The notes under the pieces are model-generated. The model ran no database searches and was not told where the DNA came from. It saw nothing but the letters and a program-made list of their open reading frames with translations. DNA of 61,975 nt from Octopus sinensis (lineage: Eukaryota): contig NW_021832264.1 of NCBI RefSeq assembly GCF_006345805.1, forward strand, positions 1-61,975, read 5' to 3'. This document shows, one piece after another, positions 1 to 13,745 of the stretch. A program made the translations under genes and the position numbers. How positions within the stretch are numbered: the stretch's first letter is position 1; each line of letters begins with the position of its first letter.

Positions 1-207
1 GTCTTCACCGTCATCGCCGTCGTCGTCGCGACGCCGCCGCCGCCGCCGCCGCCGCCGCCTCAGCCGTCGTTATCATCATTATCATTACTGTCGTTATCAA
101 CATCATCGACGTTGTCGTCGTCATCATCATCATCATCATCAAAACTAATACCACTAATGTCATCGTCATCGTCAGCATCATGAACACTATTATTATTATT
201 ATTATTA

Positions 208-271
<64 letters not shown>

Positions 272-341
272 ATTATATTTATTATTATTATCATTATTAT
301 TATTATCATCATTATTATCATTATTATTATTATTATTATCA

Positions 342-372
<31 letters not shown>

Positions 373-479
373 TATTATCATCATCATCATCATTATTATC
401 ATCATCATCATCATTATTATTATTATTATTATCATTATTATTATTATTATCATTATTATTATCATCATCATCATCATCA

Positions 480-538
<59 letters not shown>

Positions 539-1085
539 GTCTCCTTCCTTTCTCGAAATGGCTACTTCTTTTCGGTTCTTTTGAATTTATTAGCATCATG
601 TTGTTGTTGTTGTTGTGTTTGTTGTTTCTAACATACAATATAGCAATAGTATCACTATTTACCAATAACAATAATAACAATAGTGAACTTCGTCATCATC
701 TGCGTGTCATCATCATCATCATCATCATCGTCATCAGCAACAGCAACAGCAGCATGATCACCACCACCATCACCGCCATCATCATCAATACCACCACCAC
801 CACCACCACCACCACCACCGCCGCCGCCTCCACCATCACCACCACCGCCACCAACACTGCTGTCATCACCATTATCGTTATTGCAACCGTCATCACTGCC
901 CTCCTCCTCCTCCTCCTCCTCCTCATCATCATCATCATCATCACCATGACTAGCATCACCACCTTCCTCCATCGTCGTCACAATCAACATGTCGTCACCC
1001 TTATCTTCTACATCTTCCACCACTTCACACCACCACTACCACAACCACAACCACCACCAGTAACAACACCACGGCTTTATCAGCA
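1..1085. repeat. Patchwork of trinucleotide microsatellites (GCC, TCA/CAT, ATT, CAC)
   Basis: Directly visible runs; they explain the poly-Ile/Thr/His ORFs. Confidence 0.95.
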
Positions 1086-1119
1086 TCGTCTTTCAACCCT
1101 TCACTTTTTAAACTTCTTA

Positions 1120-1184
1120 TACATACATACATACAACCATATATATATATATGTATATATATACACGCATATATATACACACAC

Positions 1185-1226
<42 letters not shown>

Positions 1227-1916
1227 ATGTTTATATAAGAATAACAATGTTTTTCTTTTTTAATCTTCCTTCAAATCCCTTGTTCCTTCTCACCCCACCT
1301 TTCCACCGGCCCTGGATATGCATATATACCACAAGACACAGGAATATACATTCTCACTATTTTCTTTTGTATTCCTTGTTCGTATGTGACAGTGTGTGTG
1401 TGTGTGTTATATATCAGTATTGTATATTGTCAGTTGACTGTATATAAACGTGTGATATATATAATATATAATATATATATATATATATATATAATATATA
1501 TATACATACATATATATACATTATATGATATAAACTTATATTGTATATATATTATATATATATATATTATATATATATATATATATATGTATGTATATAT
1601 ATATATATACACATACATATATATAAATATACCAATCTTTTATCCCTATTTATATGCATAGAAATAGGTTGAAAAACACATATCTTTGTATGATCCCTGT
1701 ATGTATGTATGTATATATTATATTTATTTATATGCATATACATATATATATATATCTATATTCATATATATATGATGTGTATATACATACATATAGATAT
1801 CTATATATAATATATATATATATACATTATCTAAAATATATGCATGCATATGTATATATATCTACATGCGTGTATGGGTATACATGGATATACATTTATG
1901 TAAAATATTATATATG

Positions 1917-1998
<82 letters not shown>

Positions 1999-2000
1999 TA

Positions 2001-2032
<32 letters not shown>

Positions 2033-2184
2033 TGTATATATACCAATTCATATATATAAATATATTCAGATAGATGTGCTGTATACGTAAATATACATTG
2101 ATACATATATATATATATATGATTTATATATGTACATATGATCTATATATACATATGATATATATAATCTATCTATATATAGAT

Positions 2185-2231
<47 letters not shown>

Positions 2232-2245
2232 GTATGTATGTATAT
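1120..2245. repeat. Imperfect (TA)n/(TATG)n microsatellite field
   Basis: Directly visible. Confidence 0.95.
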
Positions 2246-2639
2246 ACATTTAATAGCCTTTAATATCAGCAGATGAACAATGCGAGATATTGCATCTGCC
2301 AATAAAAATAAATCTTTATATTTTTATTTGCTTTCGTTGTTGACGTTGTTCTTTTTCTTTTTTTTTTCTTTTTCGTTCCTCAATCCTTCCCCTTCTCGTT
2401 TCCTTCTACTCCCCCCTCCCCCCTCTCTCTCTTTACCCTGTTCTCCGTTTGTTATTATAATACATATTTCAGAATTTCACGTACGCAAACAAAGTTGCCA
2501 TATTGTTTAGTTAAGTCATCTTGTGAAATATTGCTAGAGAATATCGAATTTCACTGACAAATCATGTTTGGATCTTTGTCGAGGTAAACTTCGCCGAAGG
2601 AAGGCTCCTGCATACAAATTGCTCAGAAATACAAACCGA

Positions 2640-2770
2640 CGAGACGCACGAATCTACGGCGTGCTAGAAATGGCAGCCAGATATATTCTCACTCCTAAAT
2701 TACACCTTAGTATCATTAGGAAGAGAAACATAAAGGGGGAAACACGTTGGACAATATAAACCTTGATGTA
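2640..2770 (+). repeat. Unclassified interspersed repeat (family F)
   Basis: Core CTAGAAATAGCAGCCAAA recurs near 2665, 3550, 18155, 28193, 44355, 45195, 53670 and 54030. Confidence 0.6.
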
Positions 2771-2791
2771 GAATAATATCAAAGGCCATTG

Positions 2792-3040
2792 TGGGGTCAC
2801 GTGGCTTACTGGTTAGGGGTGTTGGACTCATGATTGTAAGGTTGTAATTTCGATTCCTGGGCTGAGTGATGGATTATGTTCTTGAGCAAAACACTTCATT
2901 TCACGTTGCTTTAGTCCACTCAGCTGGCAAAAAAGACTAACCCTTCGAAGGACCGGCGTTCTGTTCAGGTCGGGTGAATACATATGCCACAGAAACCAGG
3001 AAACCGACTCTATGGTCCTATGATTCGGGAAAGAACTTTT
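2792..3040 (+). mobile_element. tRNA-derived SINE family D, tail type 3
   Basis: A-box-like TGGCTTACTGG, B-box-like TTTCGATTCC, body GTTCTTGAGCAAAACACTTCATTTCACGTTGC; homologous to 47150, 51633, 52753. Confidence 0.8.
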
Positions 3041-3046
3041 GACTCT

Positions 3047-3450
3047 CTTACTCTTTACTCTTTTACTTGTTTCAGTTATTTGACTGCGGCCATGCTGGAG
3101 CACCGCCTTTAGTCGAGCAAATCGACCCCGGGACTTATTCTTTGTAAGCCCAGTACTTATTCTATCGGTCTCTTTTGCCGAACCGCTAAGTGACGGGGAC
3201 GTAAACACACCAGCATCGGTTGTCAAGCAATGCTAGGGGGACAAACACAGGCACACAAACATATACACACACACACTTATATATATATACATATATACGA
3301 CAGGCTTCTTTCAGTTTCCGTCTACCAAATCCACTCACAAGGCATTGGTCGGCCCGGGGCTATAGCAGAAGACACTTGCCCAAGATGCCACGCAGTGGGA
3401 CTGAACCCGGAACCATGTGGTTGGTTAGCAAGCTACTTACCACACAGCCA
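3047..3450 (-). mobile_element. SINE family A, near full length
   Basis: Reverse complement gives a tRNA-like head, CORE-like CTTGGGCAAGTGTC, internal (TA)(TG) tract and (AAGAGTA)n tail. Confidence 0.9.
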
Positions 3451-3653
3451 AAGAAAAACATAAGGGGGGGGGAACAAAGGTCATTAGCAATAGTGTCGAA
3501 ATGTAAGAGTTTGCTGAGAGGGGAAGGCAGGAAGAGCGTTCGACGTATGGGAAATAGCAGCCAAATATTTCAAATAATTCACTCCGTTGTTATATATATA
3601 TAAAAAAAAAACAGAAGAAAGAAAAGAGATGATTGAATAATTTAAATAATGCT

Positions 3654-3815
3654 GGCGTAGACATAGCTGTGTGGTAAGAAGCTTGCTTCCCAACCACATG
3701 GTCCCGGGTTCTACTGCGTGGCACCTTAGGCAAGTGTCATCTACTATAGCCTCGGGCCGACCAAAACCATGTGAGCGGATTTGGTAGATGGAAACTAAAA
3801 GATGTTCGTCGCATA
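3654..3815 (+). mobile_element. SINE family A, 5' half
   Basis: Homology to 13232 and 19453. Confidence 0.85.
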
Positions 3816-3825
3816 TAACACACAT

Positions 3826-3861
<36 letters not shown>

Positions 3862-3978
3862 TGGCCTGCTCGCTTAGCCAGCGGGGTGGCGTAATTTGAA
3901 GGTTAAAACAATGCGAAGCGCATTGTGACCAGCGATGTGTAGCAACATCTGATAACCTGGTCGGTCACGGTGATCACA

Positions 3979-3985
<7 letters not shown>
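3862..3985 (+). mobile_element. 5'-truncated SINE tail type 1, embedded in (TA)n
   Basis: Near-identical to 6772-6895 and 40345-40466. Confidence 0.85.
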
Positions 3986-4037
<52 letters not shown>

Positions 4038-4039
4038 CC

Positions 4040-4303
4040 TTCAAGGCGGTGCCCCAGCATGACCGCAGTCAAATGACTGAAACAAGTAAAATAAAATGGT
4101 TTCAAATTTTGTCACGTGGTCAGCGATGTTAGAGAAAAGGGGGCAGTCGTTTCAATTTCCGTCTACCAAATCCACTCACAAGGCTTTGGTCGGCCCGAGG
4201 CTATAGTAGAAGATACATGCCCAAGGTGCCACGCAGTGGGACTGAACCCGGAACCATGTGGTTCGTAAGCAAGCTACTTACCACACAGCCACTCCTACGC
4301 CTT
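4040..4303. mobile_element. SINE fragments: family A tail (+, 4040-4095) and family A head (-, 4150-4303)
   Basis: Homology to the other family A copies. Confidence 0.8.
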
Positions 4304-5744
4304 ATTAAAGAATAATAAGAGACGAACCTAGCTTTTGTCGCTTCAGAAGCAGAGACACTGAACTGTTGTTTTTGGAGTTCACTGATCATCTTGGATACGG
4401 TGGAATCTTATCTGTTGCTCGAGGAAAATATCTGTCGTGTCAGCACTCTTTGGAGCTGATGTTTTCCTTTCTATTTTCTTTTCATTTCTGATGTCCCACC
4501 CTTGAATATTCTCTTCAGTGTAAACCCGAATAACGGAGGGGAATTTAGACGTAAAAAATATTTCTTAATATTGCGTAACGTTTTCGATAAACTCATTCTC
4601 TGTTTAAATATAATTACAAAAGAAAAGATAAACACAGAATTTATATTATTTAATTTTATTACTAAAACACATTTATGAAAACAAACCTACATTGTCGTTC
4701 ACGTCGTTGTCATTGTCGTCCTTCTTATCGTCGTCAGGTGTATAAAGCTATGGTATTCCCGATATGCTTGCCGTGACAATTACATTTAAAAATATAGAGG
4801 TTCCTGAGATGGAACGTTGTCCAAGTAAAACTTAATGGTGATTTTTTCGACACGACGGTTTGCCTACATTGAGTGGCAATTCTTTAAATTTCACTAACAT
4901 GTGTTTTTTACACGTTTTTCTCACATTTTTTTCTAGCACTTGTCGTTTGTTGGGATTTCAGCTCTGTTTTTCTTTAGCTTAAACCAAATTCGTCAATGAA
5001 ATTTTCGTTTCATACAAAACTACGCTGCAGAGTGATTTTGGTTGGACGTCATTTTCCTGACGAGCAGAAATGGGTTTTTATCACCAAGCAATGAACGATT
5101 TCATAAACCAGAGGGACTATATCCTTTACTTTCCTGTTAGCTTTCAAACTGAAAACACGACGTTAATGGCTGGATCAGCACATCATGCATGCATGCTCAT
5201 TCGTAAACCTACACACAAACTCACACATACACACACATACACACACACACATACACACATATGTGCGCATATAAATTTACTTTTATATACATAAGCGTTC
5301 ACGTATATACACATACCTATGCATGCTTGTACAAGCACATCATTCCCTAGACACCAAGGCAACAATCACGCACGCACACGCACACACAAATACCCACACT
5401 CGACAAATACAAACAGATACTCTCCTCACTGACATACATAGATACATACATACATACATACATACATACATACATACATACATACATACATACACAGACA
5501 AAACATATAAGCAGACATGTATGCACGCAATTATATGTGCCAAAATGTTACCGGACAAGTACACACACAAACGCACTGACCTATATATATATTTTATATA
5601 TTTATGTATATGCATATACGAGAGTATATATGTAATTGTACATATATGCTTAAAATATACATACACATTCACACATACAGCTATCTACCTGCCTGCCTAT
5701 CTCTGTCTCTCTGTATGTGTGTGTATGTATATATATATATATAT

Positions 5745-6900
<1,156 letters not shown>

Positions 6901-7114
6901 TATATAGCCAACTACACAAACGCATGCGCTCATACGTGAGGTTTTCAATATATATATATATACATACACACACGTTAATATCGCACAGTGAGAATGGTGG
7001 ATAACTATTCTTTATCTGAAGCTTAAACAGTCTACCATTGGTTTCATGCTAAGAGAAAAATCACTTAGCAATTATCAAACCTGTCACAGAGAACGTTGGT
7101 GTTCGTTCCATGTC

Positions 7115-7448
7115 CAAGCTAGCTCAGTGGTTATAGTATTCGGCTCACAGTCGTGATGACATGTGTTTGATTCCCGGCGGTATGTTGTATCCTTGAGCAA
7201 GATACTTTATTTCACGTTGCTCCAGTCTACTCAGCTGGCGAAAAAAAAACAACAAAATGAGTAGTACCTGTATTTCAAAGGGCCAGCCTTGTCACACTTT
7301 GTATCACGCTGAATCTCCCAGAGAACAATGTTAAGAGGACGCGTGTCTGTCGAGCGCCCAGCAACTTGCACGTTAATTTCACGAGCAGGTTGTCCCGTTG
7401 CTCGAATCAATCAGAACCCTTATCGTCGCAACCGACGGAGAGCCAGCA
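7115..7448 (+). mobile_element. SINE family D, tail type 2
   Basis: D head and body, then GTACCTGTATTTCAAAGGGCCAGCCTTGTCAC...ACCGACGGAG shared with 21750 and 35535. Confidence 0.8.
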
Positions 7449-8083
7449 GAATATTTTGCGCATACAATTTCAGATAGTCAACAAAACGTGTGAGGAATTT
7501 CTAGATTAAAGTAGAAATATCTGTAAATACCATGTTTTGTGTATAGGTGCAATATGCTTAGTAAAAGGACAAAGGACTGTGCTGACAATCTATCTCTCTT
7601 CACATTGTCTTTTGTTTCTGGTAGTACATCATGGTAATGTTAATGAGTTAGTTCTCATTGTAAAGCTTAAGATGGTGTAACATTTCTTGGCTAGGTGTTG
7701 TATACACAATCTAGTAATGTCATGCTACTAACGATGTTTTCTATTACTCTTAAACTTTCCTGATCTCATTACTTATTCATACTTAAGTGGACTTATGTCT
7801 GTGCTACAAATCATCATTTATTAATACTTATAATACCAAACAATGAGACGACATCGTTTTAATCCATTTTCTTTCTTTTAGTTTCGTATTTATTTCATTA
7901 GCCAACTACACAAACGCATGCGCTCATACGTGAGGTTTTCAATAAATCGCTTAGTCTCTGTTATATTCTTCAGTCAGTCGGTGGTGGTGGTGGCTACCAA
8001 TGCGATGGTGGTGATAAGGCTTCCTCGTTGTTGAGAATATTACCACTCTGAAAACAATGAGATGATTCGTTAGTAAGTTAGAA

Positions 8084-8510
8084 GGATCTTTTCGGTTTGA
8101 ACGGCAGTTTTTAACATAATTTCTAGGGTAACTAAAAAATTTTAAACTTCGTATACTGGTAGAATGTGTTTATAAAACATCTTTTTCTCTTGGCTTTATT
8201 GAGAAAATTCTATAGTTTGTAAGATATTTGTTGTTTTTTTTCTTCAATTTCTGCAATTTCAACTAATCAGTGACGTCTATTGAGTTAAAAAGCATTCTGT
8301 GCCGTATGAATATGTCCCTCGTTTAAGACACATATTGGGTTTATTTACATTTGTGAAGAAAAAAAGATACCCTTCCCCCACCCCTAACCCTAACTAACCC
8401 TAACCCTAAAAGAGATTGAAATGCAATAGATCGATTCTAGGTTCATAATTATGGGTGACAATTTCATATGACACCGCTAGAAAAAACTGCCGTTCAAACC
8501 GAAAAGATCC
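8084..8510. mobile_element. MITE with perfect 29 bp TIRs and 8 bp TSD
   Basis: GGATCTTTTCGGTTTGAACGGCAGTTTTT at 8084-8112 and its reverse complement at 8482-8510; TSD AGTTAGAA at 8076-8083 and 8511-8518. Confidence 0.93.
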
Positions 8511-8513
8511 AGT

Positions 8514-8835
8514 TAGAAGACACTTACCGAAGGTGTCACGCAGTGGGACTGAACACGGAACCGTGTGGTTGGGAAGCCCGTCCCATATGTGTGTTCGTAT
8601 GTGTGTCCGTGTGTGTGCGCATGTGTGAGCGTGTATGTGTGTGTCGTTGTGTCTGTGTTTGTCCCCCATCTCCGCTTGACAACCGGTGTTGGTGTGTTTA
8701 CGTCCACGTAAATTAGCGGTTCGGGAAAAGAGAACGGTAGAATGAGTACGAGGCTTTATAAAATAAGCTCTGGAGTCGGACTACAAAATTCTTCAAGGCA
8801 ATGTTGCAGCATGGCCGCAGTCTAACGACTGGAAC
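8514..8835 (+). mobile_element. SINE family A copy with inverted head
   Basis: 8514-8578 is antisense head; 8575-8835 is sense body and tail. Confidence 0.7.
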
Positions 8836-9137
8836 AAGGTAGAAATATATAAAAAAAACACATTCGTTAGTAAGTTTGATTAATGTGGAGAAAGAGTTGT
8901 GAGTTCAATCCCTACAGTTCTTGGTCTTCAAAGCCCTTTGTATCCATGGCATCACCAGAAGATGTCTTTCGACTGCAGAGAGATGTTCGTGCCACCGTGT
9001 TCGTGCCTTCTCTCTGTGCATGAGGGACGATGACATGGCCCAAAATGGAATATGAACTTAAAAAGTAAAGAATCGCAAAGAAAAATATCACAAAACATTT
9101 TGTCCGACGCTCCAGCGATGCATATATATATATATAA

Positions 9138-9276
9138 CGTCTGTCTTTACGTTCTGAGTTCAAATTCCGCCGAGGTCGACTTAGCCTTTGATCCTTTCGG
9201 GGTCGATAAATTAAATACAAGTTGCGTACTGGGGTCGATTTAATCGATTGGACGCCCTCCTAGAGTAGAAAAGAAT
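9138..9276 (+). mobile_element. SINE family B, partial
   Basis: GAGTTCAAATTCCGCCGAGGTCGAC...CCTTTCGGGGTCGATAAA core. Confidence 0.85.
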
Positions 9277-9557
9277 GTTATTTTAACAGGTTATCTGTTA
9301 TCCAATAAGATCTGAAAGAAAAACTCTTCAAAATCAATAGATACTGCAAATAACCATCAATTTGCGTAATTGGTAATATTTCCTACAAGTGAAAATCACA
9401 TTCCTCTTCATGATTCCAAGTTGGAATCGCATGCAAACTAATAAATAATAACCAGCACAGTAAGTATATTTATGCATTATGTCATGAGCCTTTTATGATT
9501 CATTCTTAATTAATGAATGCTCTTTTTCCTCGCAAAAACTTTTCTTTTGTTGCAGGA

Positions 9558-10530
9558 ATGGTGTTGGCACAAGAAAAACGTCAGTTAATAATTTTTTTCT
9601 ACCAAAATGGTAGAACACAGGATTTTGTTGCTAAAGGTATTACGCCTGAAAGAACTGTGTACAGGATAAAAAAATCTTTGAAAGACAGTGAAGAAGCCCC
9701 CTGGTCGTTAACATTTGTCCTCTGACCATGAAGACAGGGCTTTAGTGAATAATCCATAGAGGAATCGAAGTGCTTGCTAAAGAGTGGGATTCAGCCGGTG
9801 TCAGCACATCAGCTCGGACTGTTCGACGATTGACTTCTTGACAGTGGTCTCGCTTCAAGGAGTGCTGCAATGAAACCTTTTTTGTCCAAGAAAAACGTGA
9901 AGGACAGGCTTGACTTTTGCAGAAAATATATAAGTTGGTCTAATGAACAATGGAACAAAGTGAATTTTTCTGACGAAGCACCATTTTAATTGTTGGGACA
10001 TCTGGGAAAAGGCTCGTCAGAAGGCAACAAGATGAACGCTATGATGAGGTCTGTATCGTGCCAACGGTCAAGCATCCAGAAATCAATTCATATGTGGGGT
10101 TGCTGTTCATCCAACGGCGTCGGGTCACTGACAGTTTTGCCGATAAACACTTCTGTGAATTCCACATAGTACCAAAATATCCTCGAAAACCATCTCCTTC
10201 CAACCATTGCGAGGCAGTTTAGTGAAGAAATTTGGATTTTCCAACAAGATGGAGCACCTTGCTACACTGCTAAAAAGATTAAAAAGTATCTTGGAGATAA
10301 TAGTATTGAAATTTTGGAACCTTGGCAGGGAAATTCTCCAGATTTAAATCCTATAGAAAATTTATGGTCCATTCTTAAAATACGAGTCGACATAGGAAAC
10401 CAACAAATAAGCTCACGTACAGCAAGAATGAAGGTCTGTAAACATAGTATTGACTCAATCATTGGCTTCCAGCATGCCCTAATGAATCATGGACGTCACG
10501 AAAAATAGGGGTCGCCACTGCAAATACTGA
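9558..10530 (+). pseudogene. Decayed Tc1/mariner transposase with DD35E spacing (Traveler-like)
   Basis: Across frameshifts: AAMKPFLSKKNVKDRLDFCRKY, FSDE (D at 9972), VPTVKHP, MWGC, FQQDGAP (D at 10248), ILEPWQGNSPDLNPIE (E at 10356, 35 residues after D), ending RGRHCKY-stop. Possible right TIR remnant at 10966-10990. Confidence 0.92.
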
Positions 10531-10632
10531 GAGGAAGATAAATAACTGTGTATCACACATTATTGTTCATATGGTCCAAGTGTGGTATTCTTCGTTAATA
10601 TGCTCGTATGTGCTCCATCAAATCAACCTTTT

Positions 10633-10921
10633 GACTTACTCACTCTTTACACTTTTACTTGTTTCAGTCATTTGACTGTGGCCATGCTGGAGCACCGCCT
10701 TTTAGTCGAGGAAATCGACCCCAGGACTTATTCTTTGTAAGCCTAGTACTTATTCTATCGACGGGCTTCTTTCATTTTCCGTCTACCAAATCCACTCACA
10801 AGGCTTTGGTCGGCCCGAGGCTATAGTAGAAGACACTTGCCCAAGGTACCACGCAGTCGGACTGAACCCGGAACCATGTGGTTGGTAAGCAAGCTACTTG
10901 CCACACAGCCACTTCTACGCC
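10633..10921 (-). mobile_element. SINE family A, internally deleted, inserted 3' of the transposase
   Basis: Head and tail present; middle absent (junction TATTCTATCG|ACGGGCTTC). Confidence 0.85.
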
Positions 10922-11049
10922 TAGATAGGCATATTTATATATTTTTGGTGCAAAATAATGCTTTTGCCAAAATCATTGGCCACAAATGTACACATGTAAG
11001 AGAAACAAAATATGAATTTTGGAAAAAGTTTCAATAAAACTAGTTTTAG

Positions 11050-11133
11050 ACATCATATTGTTATGGGGGTCCACAAGAATAAAATAGTAATCAAAGGGGT
11101 CCATAAATAGAAAAAAATAGTTGAGAACCCCTG
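11050..11133. mobile_element. hAT (Charlie-type) terminus
   Basis: Ends TTGAGAACCCCTG, resembling CAGGGGTTCTCAA termini; similar end at 52680-52750. Confidence 0.5.
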
Positions 11134-11244
11134 TTATAGCGCAATGAATGCAGTCAATTTCAAGGGAGAATGAAAAAAGTAAAAGACAAGGTAAAAATGA
11201 GCCTCTCTCCTAATATTCTCTTTCACGTTTTCGATAAAATGAAA

Positions 11245-11400
11245 GCCATTTGTGATTGCTCCCAACCACTACTTGACAACCGTTGTTGGTTTCTGTTTTT
11301 ATATACCCATAACTTAGCGGTTCGGCATAGATACCGATAGAATAAGTACCAGGCTAAAATAAAAAGTACTGGGATCGAAATGAGTTGACCGCTGTGAGAT
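11245..11400 (+). mobile_element. SINE family A, degenerate 3' part
   Basis: CTTGACAACCG...TTAGCGGTTCGGCA...GATAGAATAAGTAC. Confidence 0.7.
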
Positions 11401-11699
11401 CTGAAAAGAAAGTGCGGAGAGACAGCAAAAATACCACAACACATTCTACCAGACCTCCGTAACGACCCACTCCGGTTCTTCACCGTTTTTGGTAATAACA
11501 CTTTATGTTATTTACTCGATGCTTCTTAAATCTTAAAAATGTTATTAAAATGTCAGTTTACAGTTTTATTTCTTTAGTAATAATTACATTTTTCACAATA
11601 AATCTAATTACATTTTCCTTATATTTAACATTTCTTAGTGGCCTTAGAGGATTATATTTAATTCATTGTAGCTGGCGCTCAAATAAAGAAAGCTTTTTT

Positions 11700-12275
11700 T
11701 GAGTGTTGTAAAGTCAATTACATCGACCTTATTTATTGGCTGGTAGTTTATTTCATCGATCCTGGAAAGGCTGAAAGACAAAGTCAAACTTGATGCGATT
11801 TCAAGACTAAACTTAAATACTGCAAATCATTTAATTTCTAACTCTTATTTCTATTACAGCATAAGGACACAAGGCCTGATGTTTGGGTGAAAGGGATAGC
11901 CGATTATATCGACCCAAGTAAGCCACTGGTACTGGATTTATCGGCCTTGAAAGGATGAAAGGCAAAGTCGACTTCGACGGAATGTGAACTCAGAACGTAG
12001 CAACGGGCAAAATACCTATTTCTTTACTACTCACAAGGGGCTAAACACAGAGAGGACAAACAAGGACAGACAAACGGATTATATCGACCCCAGTGCGTAA
12101 CTGGTACTTATTTAATCGACCCCAAAAGGATGAAAGGCAAAGTCGACCTCGGCGTAACTTGAACTCAGAACGTAGCGGTAGACGAAATACCTATTTCTTT
12201 ACTATCCACAAGGGGCTAAACACAGAGAGGACAAACAAGGACAGACAAACGGATTATATCGACCCAAGTGCATTA
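11700..12275 (-). mobile_element. Cluster of tandem SINE family B units
   Basis: Repeated GAAAGGATGAAAGGCAAAGTCGAC cores; long-tail junctions at 12013-12016 and 12188-12191. Confidence 0.85.
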
Positions 12276-12774
12276 AATTTGGCGCAGTAATCTGAATGCT
12301 AAAGGGTTGAACTCATATCACTAGGGAAAATAGTATCTCTACAGCTATCAATACCCTTGCAATGGCAGCTATAAAATATGGCTCAGTAACAAAAGGGTGG
12401 AACGTAAGAGACCTCCGGAGGGCGTACTACGAGAAACATTCTACAAAACATCACGTAGTAAGCCTGACACTAAACAACTACTTATTGCTAGAAAAGAGAT
12501 GGGCAGAAGACTTTAGAAAGACCCAGAGAAATACAAGGCGGTAGTTATTAACGTTACATCCATAATGTGAGCTTTCCAACTCACAAGAAGGCCTGTTACG
12601 TGTCCTGTTTAATTATAGTCATACAAACGTTAGTGATAAATCGATTGTATCTACTGCAACAATATTTTCACGAGAAATTGGATTAGGTTTCGAACAACTA
12701 AACTCCAAAGATAAAATAACAACTAAAATCTGTTCTCTAAAACAGTATATCACATTGTATCAGAATGTCCTGTT

Positions 12775-12960
12775 TCAGGCGCAGGCATGACTGTGTATTT
12801 GTGAAGCTCTCTTTGTAATCACGTTTGTTTCGGGTTCAGTCCCACTGCACGTCGCCTTGGGCGAATCTTTTATCATAGCCAAGGCGGACCAATGTCTTGT
12901 GGGTCAATTTGGTACACGGAAACTGTGTGGACGTCCGTCGTATATATCTACGTGTATATA
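12775..12960 (+). mobile_element. Old SINE family A head
   Basis: GGGTTCAGTCCCACTGC...CCTTGGGCGA homology. Confidence 0.7.
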
Positions 12961-12963
12961 TAT

Positions 12964-13050
<87 letters not shown>

Positions 13051-13231
13051 GCTTCATTATTAGACCACTGAAGCAGTGTCTGAGGAACACGGGTTCGACT
13101 CCGTCAACTGGGTACTCCCCCTCCCCCATATTCTAAGGGTAAATACCCAATGTTTCTCTTCTGTCTTCACAGCTATACTGCGTAGGAAATTTGCTGTCTT
13201 GTCTGTAATGTATATATATATATATATAAAC

Positions 13232-13675
13232 ATAGGCGCAGGAGTGGCTGTGTGGTAAGTAGCTTGCTAACCAGCCACATGGTTCCGGCTTCAGTCCCAC
13301 CGCGTGGCATCTTGGGCAAGTGTCTTCTGCTATAGCCCCGGGCCGACCAATGCCTTGTGAGTGGATTTGGTAGACGGAAACTGAAAGAAGCCTGTCGTAT
13401 ATATGTATATATATATATATATATATGTGTGTGTATGTGTTTGTGTGTCTGTGTTTGTCCCCCTAGCATTGCTTGACAACCGATGCTGGTGTGTTTACGT
13501 CCCCGTCACTTAGCGGTTCGGCAAAAGAGATCGATAGAATAAGCACTGGACTTACAAAGAATAAGTCCCGGGGTCAATTTGCTCGACTAAAAGGCGGTGC
13601 TCCAGCATGGCCCCAGTTAAATGACTGAAACAAGTTAAAAAAACAAAAAAAAAACAAGGAAAAGAATAAAAGAGT
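13232..13675 (+). mobile_element. SINE family A, full length
   Basis: GGCGCAGGAGTGGCTGTGTGG head through GACTGAAACAAG tail. Confidence 0.92.
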
Positions 13676-13745
13676 AACCTCTTGTACATTTCCCCCTATG
13701 ACCGTGCGTTAGTGTCACGTGACAGGATATTTTGCGCCTAAAAAG

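Noticed and set aside
2473-2583. Plus-strand exon-like segment after a strong pyrimidine tract
   Set aside because: Stops in all three frames; no support beyond the splice-like ends.
3220-3603. Recurrent ORFs such as RQASFSFRLPNPLTR and MTTDAGVFTSPSLSG
   Set aside because: They are incidental frames of SINE family A.
8382-8409. Interstitial telomere or chromosome-fusion scar
   Set aside because: Only about four imperfect units, inside a MITE with intact TIRs and TSD.
8915-9056. GIY-YIG-like phrase KARTRWHEHLSAV in another minus-strand frame
   Set aside because: No GIY or YIG motif upstream; the resemblance is too weak.
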